Part shown: in pieces, positions 9,301 through 18,242 of the stretch
Position numbering within the stretch: the stretch's first letter is position 1
How the letters are laid out: every line of letters starts with the position of its first letter
Virus record (IMG/VR): IMGVR_UViG_3300044724_003748
Coordinates: 1 to 33,641 of that record
Reading direction: 5' to 3' (one strand)
DNA length: 33,641 nt
DNA from: a virus
Lineage: Duplodnaviria; Caudoviricetes
Made by a program: the position numbers and the translations under genes
The notes under the pieces: model-generated
Database searches by the model: none
The model's input: only the letters and a program-made list of their open reading frames with translations
Told to the model about the DNA's origin: nothing

Positions 9301-10702
9301 GCTCTTGCTCCATGAAGTTTTCGTCAAGCTCTTGATAGAACTTTATAGGGTTTTGGTGAACCTCGAACATGCGGCTCAAGTGTGCGCGGCGGTTCTGTTG
9401 CAGCGCCCGCATCTGGTTTAATGCTTCACGGGCCGCGGAGCCGCGGCTGTTGACTTGCACACCAGGAGCGAACGGCACCTGCGCTGTTGCGCCCGCCAAT
9501 CGAAGCTCTTCTTGGTTTGCTATGTCCTCTAGCTGACGAGCCAGGATGTCTTCCAGATCAGTAGAGAACTCAACGATCTTGCCCAGCTCTTTATGAACAG
9601 CGGTTCCATACTTGTTGACGATTACGTCATCGCCCAAGCCGCCCACTAAAAACTTGTAGATGTCCTTCTCAGCCTCGTCCATGGAGACCTTAGTGCCGTT
9701 CTGTTTCTTGATCGCTTTGATCGCGGACTTCATGGAGTTTTCGTAGCCGGTGATCAAACGTACAGCTCTGTTCTTTTCGGCCTTAGTCAGGCCCTCAACA
9801 TCTTGAATGGATGCCACAACAGAAGGATCAGCGCCGCGGGTGGAGGAAAAGTACTTATCAAACAGCTGCTTGCTGCGCTGCGCTCCCGGCACTTTTGCAG
9901 CGCCGCGTCCAACCAAATCGAAAGAGTTTACAATCCCACGTCCGGCGAGGGACAGCGTCTCATTGATGACAGGGAGCTTGGCTAATTCTCGTGAGCCCGC
10001 GCCAAGTCCATAAAGCAGAGTATCGAAGCTCGCGCTCATGGCGGACGCCTCGGCTGCTTGGCGAAGCTTGTTGCGGAACTGACGCTCTGCCTCTGCGCCT
10101 CCGGTTTGACCTTCGTACGCCTCTGTCTTCAATGCATCTGGGAGCATTGATACTGAGTCCGACAATGTCTCGCGCCCATCTGGAGAGAAGAGACCCTCAT
10201 AGGCACCCGTTGCCACCGCAGTCGTACCAAACAAACCAGCTCGTGAGGACAACAGCTTTTTGCCGGCAGCACTTCCGCCAAACTTCTCAGCCGATTTCAT
10301 AAATTTACTGCTACTGGACAAAGCTCTGCCGCCCTTGGCGACGTGGCCTGCACGTCCGAGCCATCCTGCGATAGGAATGAAGCCGAGGCCAAAGCCAACG
10401 ACCTCTTCTGTTACCTTACCGGCAGTTCCTGTAGGCTCAATGTTCTTTTTTATCCCAGAGAACCAGTCTGTAACGGGGCGTAGGGTGTCGGTGTCAAAGG
10501 CTGAGTCCAGTCCTATCGCACCGAGTTCCACGATTCCTTGAGCAAGACTGATAGGTGCAGTGACAATGCCACGGCCTACGGATTCAATAACGCCTTGCTC
10601 ATCTTCCTCTTCGGCAGAGGCAACACCGATGGGTTCTGGTAGAACATACTCGGGTGTTGGAGCCGGACCGACGGGTTCTGGTAGAACATACTCTTCAGCC
10701 AT
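6371..10702 (-). CDS. Large internal virion/ejection protein (1443 aa)
   Basis: Size, helical composition and position as the last gene of the ejection block. SD AAGGAG upstream. Hydrophobic Gly-rich N-terminal segment. Confidence 0.7.
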   Translation of the reverse strand: MAEEYVLPEPVGPAPTPEYVLPEPIGVASAEEEDEQGVIESVGRGIVTAPISLAQGIVELGAIGLDSAFDTDTLRPVTDWFSGIKKNIEPTGTAGKVTEEVVGFGLGFIPIAGWLGRAGHVAKGGRALSSSSKFMKSAEKFGGSAAGKKLLSSRAGLFGTTAVATGAYEGLFSPDGRETLSDSVSMLPDALKTEAYEGQTGGAEAERQFRNKLRQAAEASAMSASFDTLLYGLGAGSRELAKLPVINETLSLAGRGIVNSFDLVGRGAAKVPGAQRSKQLFDKYFSSTRGADPSVVASIQDVEGLTKAEKNRAVRLITGYENSMKSAIKAIKKQNGTKVSMDEAEKDIYKFLVGGLGDDVIVNKYGTAVHKELGKIVEFSTDLEDILARQLEDIANQEELRLAGATAQVPFAPGVQVNSRGSAAREALNQMRALQQNRRAHLSRMFEVHQNPIKFYQELDENFMEQEPFQDAVRNLMAYNTRNNPAMFGSPQSIANAERLVLDIINLGEIQQGVAPKQAIKKRLDLIKRQMGESGALTAERQPLFRLADEMLISRKEVITEVPAVRAFMGEVTDPKALAINTLNNLAETTSAIDFYRNILNPQTVAAGSALASMRSGARPLAVELPNPSQMTPDEYASEIDLLTQQGVRIEDLEDALSLEGYRKLGEFNPDAPLGGQYGEMSGKYVPAEIYDNLTAPVTLTSHPVSQLASIVNQIKGLSQKQLIVPNVASRVRDFVGNQLMRVATGNAPSMYNQDFAGAAQVFLRDASNLTDEGLANLKFKLDAAGVTDSNILLNAIKQYQTEGSAVGAAAKVRKGIEKYEGLPVMKQVMNFFERVTDGVDGYSKATVLMGEEAKLNEVFRGANLDNPDDLGSALNWMQRSGLANRTRSEVLDFAAEEGRPSARLSPVEIIASDRTKSMMPTYSQIGTAVRTLDRALPFGNFTSFASENIRNMSNILNLGLKELSAAVDDDLIAELGEQRARALVRQTRAMGAQRLTGLLTVAAITPKAMVRASMNATGTTDEQMDRLHEQVAEYLDGHDLIILDNDGEGNIQYVDLSYVSPYGFVTDSINAGLRAYSEKGRLDASEAEQLASGAWSSVASLADPFASESIVFERIRDALPSEGFPGIGRGGVTSTGAKIYTDVDDYGTKVSRGFIHVMDSLAPAYLKLAGEGKKGDIEPGRLTRAMMNTPGARGQDYNTYEELARQVTGFTPMELNLRQDFEFSGKEYSPRRSAAKTAANREILRADSTPADMISGWNNYLDTLYREQSKLYNEIQGARTLGLSEDEIYRNLVDKAKLGSKEIATIMDGQFYPGYVADDVDDRLMMQIEEGRSRLVGDIPFAELDALTDSRMDQPLSPELFRRRQAGEMEDVGYSLPEPVGPVEYSLPEPIGPAATGPVPVPAAPQAPQAPAATTPPSPSLLGGNLIDQLRNSEIAQRLSGQ
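10631..10693 (-). repeat. 21-bp exact direct repeat, period 42 (EYVLPEP x2)
   Basis: gggttctggtagaacatactc at 10631-10651 and 10673-10693. Confidence 0.9.
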
Positions 10703-10711
10703 GACGACTCC

Positions 10712-12955
10712 TTATCGTACTGGGTATTCCATCCCGTTATACACAAACGTGGGGCGACCTGCAGCTTTTGCAGCAGCCTCAAGTTCTTGGGGAGAGCTTA
10801 CAGCACTAGGAGGGGGTTGGACACTAGGTTGTGCTTCCCCTGAAAAGAATTCTCTTGACGATGTCACCGCAGCGTTAGCCAAGCCAGTAGCGAAGTCATG
10901 AGGTGACATACCATCTTTCACAGCTTGTGGTTTGGCTCCACGTTCAGTGGCGGCCTTAAATGCTGCGTTATATGCCGTGCGCCAAGCAGTCATTTCGGCG
11001 GAGGTAAAGTCTTTTCCCCCAGAGGCAGTAATCCGTGCACGTTGCAGTGCGTTCTCTCGATCTAATTGATTTTCTGCTGCAGTTGCGGCAGCAGCGGTTG
11101 CCGCGGCCTCTTCATCAAGAACAGATTCAAGGGCCGTGGTCCGAATAAGACGCTGCCGTTCACGCGCAGCTTCGTCCCGTGCGCTCATAGCTTTCAGGCC
11201 GGCTGCGCCGCCTTGAGCAATGTTTGTCAGAGCATTGGGGCTTTGTCCTGACATGATAGCCAGACCAATCATCGCGAGATCCATGCCCTTGTTACGGGCA
11301 CCAGCCTCGTCTTCGCCCAAGATTTCTTGGAACAGTTTAGCACGGGCCTCGTACTTTGTTCGGAGATCGTCTTCAGTGTCGTCAGGGTTAGGCGCCAACG
11401 CAGCAGCTTGTTCCTGTATCTCAGGGTCAGCGACTTTTCTCACCACCTCTTCGGTGACAACAGGTGCGGCTGTATCTGTGTCTGTATCTGTCGTTGTGGC
11501 AGGAGCAGGCGTCTCTGTCGCTGCGCCAGCCGCGGGGGGCTCAACCACCGGCGTCTCTGTCGCTGGCGATGTGTCAGCCGCAGGCGTCTCTGTCGCTGCG
11601 CCAGCCGCGGGGGCCTCAACCACCGGCGTCTCACTGCCAGGCACGTAATCCATCCCGAGTTCTTGAGCAAGAAGCTCAGATGGTGTAAGATCGACTGCGG
11701 GCTCAAGAACACTTCTTGGTGTATTCTCTTGATTTAACGTGGCTTCTTGGACCCCTGCTTCCGCATCTCTTATAGCTGCTTCAGCCGCGAGTCTTTCTGC
11801 CGGTGTAGTAGCGGCTCTCAATTGCTCTTGCGCGGCGAACAATCTTCTTTCAGCATCCCTACTGATTTTTTGCGCGGCTATTACTGGTTTTTCACCAAAA
11901 TCCATACCTCTTCTGGCCATCTCCTCAACAGCGACACCATATAAACTGTTGCTTGGGTCTCCAACTATAGAGAGAAGCTCACCGTCGCTCAGTGAACGAA
12001 CAGCGGACATTTGCCCTGCGAATCCCTTTTGATATAAATCTCCGCTTCCGCCATAAGCAATATCGACGTTACCTCTTCTGCTTGAGGTGTCGATAACAGG
12101 AGCAGGAGATATAAGCTCTTCCGCCGCTAGCGTTGACGGGGCTGACTGCGATGGCATTAACTCACGGTCCCTATCCACTGCACCTTGCAAGCTGTCTGGG
12201 TTGAATCTTGGGACATTTAAGAACGGACCGCTCAAAAGTTCAGGAGACGCTTCAGGAGCTTCTGCACTACCTGAACCAAGACCAAACGGTAAGTCTATAT
12301 CCCCACTCGCAAGCCTCTCATTCCTTGCGGCATCCTCTGCAAAAATCTCTTTAATTCTTCCTGTAATAGGATCAACTATGTAATCACCAATAACATTTGA
12401 ATTAAGACCCGTGTTCGCCAAAGCATCTTCAAGCGGGTTGCTAGAGTACACACTGCTACGCAACTGCTCCAAGGTAGAAGGTGGTGGTGCAGCAGGTGAT
12501 GTCTGCCTAGTAAATGCTGCGTCTGGTTCGACTGAAAGTGCAGCCAAACCGGCAGGTGCGGAAGGCATAGCAGGCTGTGAAAACTGCCGATTGGGGTCAA
12601 ACTCAACACCTGTTGTCGTAGGCGCATCGCCGAGAGCCGAAGGTGCACGGTCAAACCCAACAGAGCTAAACAGCTGTGGATCTGTAAGGGGGTCCCGTGT
12701 GTCCATGTAAGCTTTGTAACGTGCAAACATCTCACGAGCCTGCGGAGTATCATTAAGATTGTTCTCAGCCAGGAACGTACTGTATGTGTAATCGACATTG
12801 GATCCGAAGCCAGCGTCCACGTCGCCGCCCTCCTGGAACTGCTGCACCGTCTGTGCCAGCTCAGGGGAAGAGGCTAAGATGCCGCCCATGCCGCGGAGCT
12901 TGGTCCGTGCATCTCGGGACTTGAACATTTTGCGAGTCATTGGGTTCATGATCAT
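10712..12955 (-). CDS. Internal virion/ejection protein (747 aa)
   Basis: Low-complexity acidic Ala/Pro linker. C-terminal LAMIGLAIMSGQSPNALTNIAQG segment followed by coiled coil. Position in the ejection block. Confidence 0.65.
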   Translation of the reverse strand: MIMNPMTRKMFKSRDARTKLRGMGGILASSPELAQTVQQFQEGGDVDAGFGSNVDYTYSTFLAENNLNDTPQAREMFARYKAYMDTRDPLTDPQLFSSVGFDRAPSALGDAPTTTGVEFDPNRQFSQPAMPSAPAGLAALSVEPDAAFTRQTSPAAPPPSTLEQLRSSVYSSNPLEDALANTGLNSNVIGDYIVDPITGRIKEIFAEDAARNERLASGDIDLPFGLGSGSAEAPEASPELLSGPFLNVPRFNPDSLQGAVDRDRELMPSQSAPSTLAAEELISPAPVIDTSSRRGNVDIAYGGSGDLYQKGFAGQMSAVRSLSDGELLSIVGDPSNSLYGVAVEEMARRGMDFGEKPVIAAQKISRDAERRLFAAQEQLRAATTPAERLAAEAAIRDAEAGVQEATLNQENTPRSVLEPAVDLTPSELLAQELGMDYVPGSETPVVEAPAAGAATETPAADTSPATETPVVEPPAAGAATETPAPATTTDTDTDTAAPVVTEEVVRKVADPEIQEQAAALAPNPDDTEDDLRTKYEARAKLFQEILGEDEAGARNKGMDLAMIGLAIMSGQSPNALTNIAQGGAAGLKAMSARDEAARERQRLIRTTALESVLDEEAAATAAAATAAENQLDRENALQRARITASGGKDFTSAEMTAWRTAYNAAFKAATERGAKPQAVKDGMSPHDFATGLANAAVTSSREFFSGEAQPSVQPPPSAVSSPQELEAAAKAAGRPTFVYNGMEYPVR
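11505..11632 (-). repeat. 53-bp direct repeat (52/53 identical), period 75
   Basis: 11505-11557 vs 11580-11632, encoding ETPVVE(A/P)PAAGAATETPA. Confidence 0.9.
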
Positions 12956-12958
12956 TCC

Positions 12959-14431
12959 TTAACCAAACATGCCGGACTGAGACAGACCGTAAATGCCGAG
13001 ACCCGCGCCCATTAGCTGAGACCCAATGCTCGGACCAGGCTGTGTTCCGCTAGTCATCTGACCAGACGGAGCCCCCGTAGTAATATCAGACAAGAATGCC
13101 AGCTGCTGATACGGCTGCATAGCTTGTTGGTACTGGTTCTGATAGGCAGTGTCGAGCGCGGCTTGCTCTTGCGCCTGCTGCTGCTGACCGATCGTCGACA
13201 GCGTGTTGATGTCCTGAAGGTTCATCTGCTGATCAAGCTGACCAAGTCCCGCCATCTGCTGGCCGAGGCCCGCGATCCCTTGACCAAGACCTGCGGCTTG
13301 CTGCTGCGCACCGAGACCCGCTTGAATACCAGAGAGACCAAGGTTCGCGGACTGAAGTCCAAGATTGCCGGCGGCTTCTGCGCCCTGCATTTGCATCTGT
13401 GCGCCCTGTGCGCCAAGTTGACCTGCTGTTTGTGCACCCTGCAAACCAAGCTGGCCACCTTGAAGGGCGCTTGCTTGGGCTAGTTGCTCGGCGCTTAAAC
13501 CAAGACGACCACCGGACTCGGCGGCACCGGCTGCAGCACTGGAACCAATTTGACCCAGTTGACCTGTAAGTTGAGCCGCCTGCATGGCACGGTCAGCGGC
13601 GCTTTGGAAACCAGCCGTCCGCATCTGCGCTGCAGTCCGTCCTTGCTGCTCAAGGACGTTGCGAGCCAGCTCTTGCTCGGCGACCGCTTGGCGTGAACCG
13701 CCAAAGGCACCGGCCTGTTCAGCCTGAAACGCTAAGTTTTGTTGTTGCAGTTCACCCTGACGGGAAAGGTCAGCCAAGGCCTGTTGTACTGCGGCATCTT
13801 CAAACTGACTCATGTAACCAGCTGCGGCATCCGGCGCTAGTCCTGCAATACCAGCCTTAGCGGACTCAAGGCCAAACGCAGAGGCTTCTTGCAGCGCACG
13901 TTGGGCGTCCGCCGTCGAAGCGCGAGCGCGTTCCGCCGCGATGTCCGCCTCAGCAACACCTTTGGCAACTGCAGATTCTGCGCCAAGACCAGCTCGTTCT
14001 AGTGTTTTTGCACCCTGTGCCGCAAAGCCTTCTGTCAAACCAGCGGCGCGAAGGAGCGCCTGCTGTCCGGCATCAACTTCTCCTGGCAACTGACCAGCCA
14101 AGTCTCTTGTTGCGTTAAGCGCCTGCTGCAATGAAGCAACGCCTTCTTCAGTGAGTTCTTCACCCCGAGCAAGATACCGTTTATACGCTCCGATTCCTTG
14201 ACGTGCGATTTCAAAAGCACGTTCTTGGTCCGCGTTAAAACCAGCTAGCTGCTGCTGAGGGAGGGTAACACCCTCTCTGGCAAGCCCGTAGGCAAGTTCC
14301 GTAATACCTGCGATGTCTTCTGCAGCGCCTGGAATGGCAACAGTGCGACCGCCGATCACGCCGGTTGGGGGCAGCTCTACTTCGCCGCCTTCTTGATAAC
14401 CCGTCACAGGCATTCCAGGTTGATTACACAT
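12959..14431 (-). CDS. Gln/Ala/Gly-rich DNA-transfer (pilot/ejection) protein
   Basis: AGAFGGSR motif, Q/A/G-rich helical repeats, C-terminal hydrophobic Gly-rich tail, as in podovirus DNA-transfer proteins. TAATG coupling. Confidence 0.7.
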   Translation of the reverse strand: MCNQPGMPVTGYQEGGEVELPPTGVIGGRTVAIPGAAEDIAGITELAYGLAREGVTLPQQQLAGFNADQERAFEIARQGIGAYKRYLARGEELTEEGVASLQQALNATRDLAGQLPGEVDAGQQALLRAAGLTEGFAAQGAKTLERAGLGAESAVAKGVAEADIAAERARASTADAQRALQEASAFGLESAKAGIAGLAPDAAAGYMSQFEDAAVQQALADLSRQGELQQQNLAFQAEQAGAFGGSRQAVAEQELARNVLEQQGRTAAQMRTAGFQSAADRAMQAAQLTGQLGQIGSSAAAGAAESGGRLGLSAEQLAQASALQGGQLGLQGAQTAGQLGAQGAQMQMQGAEAAGNLGLQSANLGLSGIQAGLGAQQQAAGLGQGIAGLGQQMAGLGQLDQQMNLQDINTLSTIGQQQQAQEQAALDTAYQNQYQQAMQPYQQLAFLSDITTGAPSGQMTSGTQPGPSIGSQLMGAGLGIYGLSQSGMFG

Positions 14432-15150
14432 TAGGCCGTATCCTTCTTCTCAAGGTCGTGCATCATGCGGTACATTTGCGCAGCACCACCGGCACCGTTT
14501 ACAGCAGCTTCAGTCATAACGAACTCACCGTTCGAGAGCGCAGCGTCTCCAACTGGGCGTCCGTTCTGGTAAATCGTAGCTGGAATAGAATCACTGGTCC
14601 CCGTTCCGGGGCCCTCGATGTATCCACCCATAGCGTAACCCTGCATAGGCTGGCCCATAATCGCGCCATACTGCAACTCAGGGCGGCGCACCGCCATAGC
14701 CAGTGTAGCCGCGGTCATAGGATCAGAAAGATTTGGCATCTGCCCGCCCATCATGGGCATCTGTCCTTGGTTCAAGGACGCAAGACCTTGCTGCGGCATC
14801 ACCGGGCCGCCCATGGCGTAAAGACCACCGCTGCCAGTAAAAGGCGTCCCTGTGTTGGGAGCGGGCTGGCTGCCATAGTCTGGACTTCCAATACCTGTGG
14901 CGTCTAGAGGAGGCCCCACAGGAGTATTCACCGACGGGTACATCGCTGCCTGTTCATCAACAGTCATCGCGCCTGTGTTATCACCGCCGTTAGCGCCGTT
15001 AGCGCCAGGGGTTCCAGCAGCTGCAGCACCAGTGCTACCAAACCCACCACGTGGGTTGGCTGCCGTGCCACCGTAAAGGAGCCGACGCATTGCTGGATCT
15101 AGTTCTGTTTTCTGCGTGACCGTCTGGTCACCTCCGCCACCACCACACAT
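14431..15150 (-). CDS. Internal virion protein with tape-measure-C-terminus-like GPGTGTSDSIPA/LSNGEFV domain
   Basis: N-terminus MCGGGGG. YAMGGYIEGPGTGTSDSIPA...LSNGEFV. TAATG coupling on both sides. Confidence 0.65.
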   Translation of the reverse strand: MCGGGGGDQTVTQKTELDPAMRRLLYGGTAANPRGGFGSTGAAAAGTPGANGANGGDNTGAMTVDEQAAMYPSVNTPVGPPLDATGIGSPDYGSQPAPNTGTPFTGSGGLYAMGGPVMPQQGLASLNQGQMPMMGGQMPNLSDPMTAATLAMAVRRPELQYGAIMGQPMQGYAMGGYIEGPGTGTSDSIPATIYQNGRPVGDAALSNGEFVMTEAAVNGAGGAAQMYRMMHDLEKKDTA

Positions 15151-15815
15151 TATGCAAATCCTGTCATGCCGCGGCCAACAAGATACTGGTTAGCCATGTT
15201 TCGTTGAGACGGGGAAAGACCCATCGTCATATCGCTAGACGCAATAGGTTGCCCATTGAAGGGCAACGAACCCAGACCCACTGCTGCGGGCATAGCCGAA
15301 GGGCCGCTCACAGAGGGGATAATATTAGAAGCCATCACCGGTTGTGTCGCTGAAGGCGGGGGTGCGAGCATAGGGTTTGCCTGTGCCATCGCCCTCTGTT
15401 GCGGAGCCTGCTGCAAGTTTGGTGGAGGAGGCATCGCTACCGGCTTGTTTTGAGTCGCGCTATTGAGCGCGTTCATGCCCTGCATCGCTTTTTGAAAGTT
15501 GAACCCTGTGGTCGGAACTGTTGCCGCACCTGTTGTATTTGCCGCAGTGGTTGCTGCGTTCGCTGCCGCTGGAGTACCGCCCATCGCCGCACCCGCCGCG
15601 CCAAAGCCAACAGCGTTTATCGCCGCATCACCAAGATCGCCGCCGCCAAGCAGTGTACCGATACCTGCGCCAATAGCTTTAGGGGCCGCTGCCGCAATCA
15701 AACTGCCTGCCGCTGTCCCACCAAGACCAAGAGATGCTGCGATCCCTGTTCCCAAAGTGGCGGGCAGCATCGAACCTGCAAGGCTTCCGAGTAAGGGTGC
15801 TAATAAAGGTATCAT
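15150..15815 (-). CDS. Gly/Ala-rich putative small ejection protein
   Basis: Start reassigned to ATG 15815 (TGATG overlap with the upstream gene). Hydrophobic N-terminus MIPLLAPLLGSLAG. Confidence 0.6.
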   Translation of the reverse strand: MIPLLAPLLGSLAGSMLPATLGTGIAASLGLGGTAAGSLIAAAAPKAIGAGIGTLLGGGDLGDAAINAVGFGAAGAAMGGTPAAANAATTAANTTGAATVPTTGFNFQKAMQGMNALNSATQNKPVAMPPPPNLQQAPQQRAMAQANPMLAPPPSATQPVMASNIIPSVSGPSAMPAAVGLGSLPFNGQPIASSDMTMGLSPSQRNMANQYLVGRGMTGFA

Positions 15816-16021
15816 CAAGCTTCTCCGCGCACCGCTTCCGGTGCTGTAACTATGATCATTGTACTGCGCCGCTCGGCTCCTGTCCATGGGTCGCCACACT
15901 CGGGGCAGTTTCCATTCGGGTAGCTCAGAATTTCTTCAGGCGTATCGACCGCGTTATCGCAGCCCTTGCAATGGACTGTATCAGAACTTGTTGAAGGTTT
16001 CCACCCAATGATGTCAGACAT
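15815..16021 (-). CDS. Small zinc-ribbon protein
   Basis: CKGC...CPEC. SD AAGGA upstream. Its stop overlaps the next ATG. Confidence 0.65.
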   Translation of the reverse strand: MSDIIGWKPSTSSDTVHCKGCDNAVDTPEEILSYPNGNCPECGDPWTGAERRSTMIIVTAPEAVRGEA

Positions 16022-16032
16022 GTTGTTTTTCC

Positions 16033-16329
16033 TTACGGTGTAGACACAGTCACAGATCCAACAGTGCCGCTGGCACTAGATCCCTGCGCATGTGGTGTGT
16101 TGAGCTCAGATACTTTCAGGTATCCGCCGTGATTAAAGACAGACCCAGGTTCGAGGCCCACGTCGTCAGTTTGTAGATCCGTGAACACAGTAAACGTGTT
16201 GCGTCCTTCTCCAGGGTTCCGCTCGTTTTGCATGTAGACAGACAGCGCCCGTACAATCTCAGCCAAGTACGGCTGTTGGTACTCAGCCGGTGGGACAGGG
16301 AGAAACGGGAGGGGAAGGTTACGGGACAT
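16033..16329 (-). CDS. Phage tail-associated hypothetical protein
   Basis: TAATG-coupled to the nozzle gene, SD GGAGG. Confidence 0.65.
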   Translation of the reverse strand: MSRNLPLPFLPVPPAEYQQPYLAEIVRALSVYMQNERNPGEGRNTFTVFTDLQTDDVGLEPGSVFNHGGYLKVSELNTPHAQGSSASGTVGSVTVSTP

Positions 16330-18233
16330 TAACGCCTCCCGTCAGGACGCACGTCAATACGCGGAGACCCAAGTCGCCATGTGGTTTGAGTGTTGTCACA
16401 GGAGACTTTAAAACTGAACTGTCTGCCCCGCAAACGCATGTTGAGCTGCTCGCGGTCGTTGTTGAAGTACGTCCCAGTGGCCGACCGCACATACGAGCCC
16501 TGTGAAATATTGCGCACGTTTATTGTCACGTCAGCGGACGGCGACTCAGCGGTGGAGTTCTTAAATACGATGTCAGGGAATACACGACGTGTCAGCAAAA
16601 ACTGCTCGCCGTCACCCAGGTCGATCGGGCTTGATTGAATATATGAATCAATAGCAGACGCAGGAGACGTGCTGCCGTCGTCAAAGCCCACTTCATGCTC
16701 ATACAAATACCCGTCCAAGCCAGCCGCCAGAGGATTCTCAAACGCGCCGCGATCAATCCAGGTCGAACGAGCCATACTGCCGTAGTACCAAGTCTGCTCG
16801 GCGTAGTTGTACACAACGTACTTGTCGACATTGGCACTCGATGCGGAGGGGTAGAACCACCAAACCTCAGAGTGAGCCGAGTTCAAAGCTGCAAAAGCCT
16901 TGGCTCCCTGTCCAAAGTTAAAATCATCAAAGACGTAACTGCGAACAGAACAGGGGATGCGCTGCACAGAACCATTGTACATGTAGAACTCTGTCTCACC
17001 CATCCACAGAACCATGTCGTCTACAGCGATGCCGGCGTTCGGACCCTGCAAACTAATGTTCTCCGAGATCATATTGATACCGAACGTGAACGGTGGCCCA
17101 AGATACTGCATGGCGTGGAGCGAAGTGTCAGTGAACACAAGCGTCTGCTGACGAGTCTCAACCACACCCCTGATCTCTGACCCTGAACCAATACGCAAGT
17201 CACCCGCTGTGTTGGTGGCTGTAGGCGTCCAGTCGGCAGCATTCTCTTGGTCCGAGAAACGAATCAACAGTGGGTCCTGAACCCCGATGTTGTCTACAGC
17301 GTCACAACCAAAAGCAAGTACATGGCGATCCCTGTCAGAAACCAGCACATGCTTTGCAACCGTCGGAGCACCGGAGGAACCCGCCAGCTCGCTAATAGGA
17401 ATAGCCCGCTGGTACGTCGTGTACGAGGCACTGCGGTCCCAGTAGTAAATACCCCCGTTGTGGGGGTTAAAGATTAGGTCTTCGCCAAAGTTGTCCTGGG
17501 ACCAAGTTCGGAGGTTCGTGGTCAAAGTATTGATGTCCGTCGCTGAACCCCAAGCACCGCGGCTCCAGAAACCCGCGCCCCAGCCGTTACCGTACAGCGC
17601 AGTCTCAAGGCCCGAGTTTATCTGATATGCGCCCACGGTACTCGCACCGCCGTTACCCGTGTCGGAGCTGTCCGCCACAACAAGCACAGGAGCCAACTCG
17701 CCATCTACCGTGATACTCGAAATGGAGGTCCCCGCTTCTCGGACCTGGATACTGTAGGTGTCCGTGTCAGTCACCCCAATGATCTGATACTCTTGGTTCA
17801 GCACACCAGCAGTCACATTGCCGCCAAGACCCGTCGCATCAGTATATGTGACAAAGTCCCCGGCTATCGCACCGTGGCCCACGTCACTTACCACAACTGT
17901 AGACGATCCGTCGGTTGCAGAAAACGTGACCTCACCCGCAGCCGTGGTTGTACGGATAGGTGTGATGTCGTTATATCCACCACCCTCTTCGATGTAAAAC
18001 TTGAGGTCCGTACCAAGTCCAATGAGAGGAGTACCAATCAAGTCACGCCATGGGTGCATCGCCCGTGCAGTGCCGAGGAAAGACAAAACACCCTTCTTGA
18101 CCCAGCCGCCGATCTTCTCGGGGAAGCCTTTGGTAAAGCGTACCTTATCACAATCGTGCCAGCCACCCTCATTGGAGTAGCTGGTAATTTCGCGGTTGAT
18201 GCCGGGTCGAAACTGGAGCTTTGTTAACGGCAT
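16329..18233 (-). CDS. Tail nozzle / head-stabilisation protein (tail tubular B / P22 gp10-like)
   Basis: 634 aa, beta-rich, with IRFSDQE, EVWWFYPS, YVVYNY motifs and C-terminal RLRGRQ...WRLG. Located between fibre and ejection genes. Confidence 0.7.
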   Translation of the reverse strand: MPLTKLQFRPGINREITSYSNEGGWHDCDKVRFTKGFPEKIGGWVKKGVLSFLGTARAMHPWRDLIGTPLIGLGTDLKFYIEEGGGYNDITPIRTTTAAGEVTFSATDGSSTVVVSDVGHGAIAGDFVTYTDATGLGGNVTAGVLNQEYQIIGVTDTDTYSIQVREAGTSISSITVDGELAPVLVVADSSDTGNGGASTVGAYQINSGLETALYGNGWGAGFWSRGAWGSATDINTLTTNLRTWSQDNFGEDLIFNPHNGGIYYWDRSASYTTYQRAIPISELAGSSGAPTVAKHVLVSDRDRHVLAFGCDAVDNIGVQDPLLIRFSDQENAADWTPTATNTAGDLRIGSGSEIRGVVETRQQTLVFTDTSLHAMQYLGPPFTFGINMISENISLQGPNAGIAVDDMVLWMGETEFYMYNGSVQRIPCSVRSYVFDDFNFGQGAKAFAALNSAHSEVWWFYPSASSANVDKYVVYNYAEQTWYYGSMARSTWIDRGAFENPLAAGLDGYLYEHEVGFDDGSTSPASAIDSYIQSSPIDLGDGEQFLLTRRVFPDIVFKNSTAESPSADVTINVRNISQGSYVRSATGTYFNNDREQLNMRLRGRQFSFKVSCDNTQTTWRLGSPRIDVRPDGRR

Positions 18234-18242
18234 GACGCTACC

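Noticed and set aside
15816-15899. Upstream extension of the 249-aa ORF
   Set aside because: It overlaps the zinc-ribbon gene. TGATG coupling supports the start at 15815.
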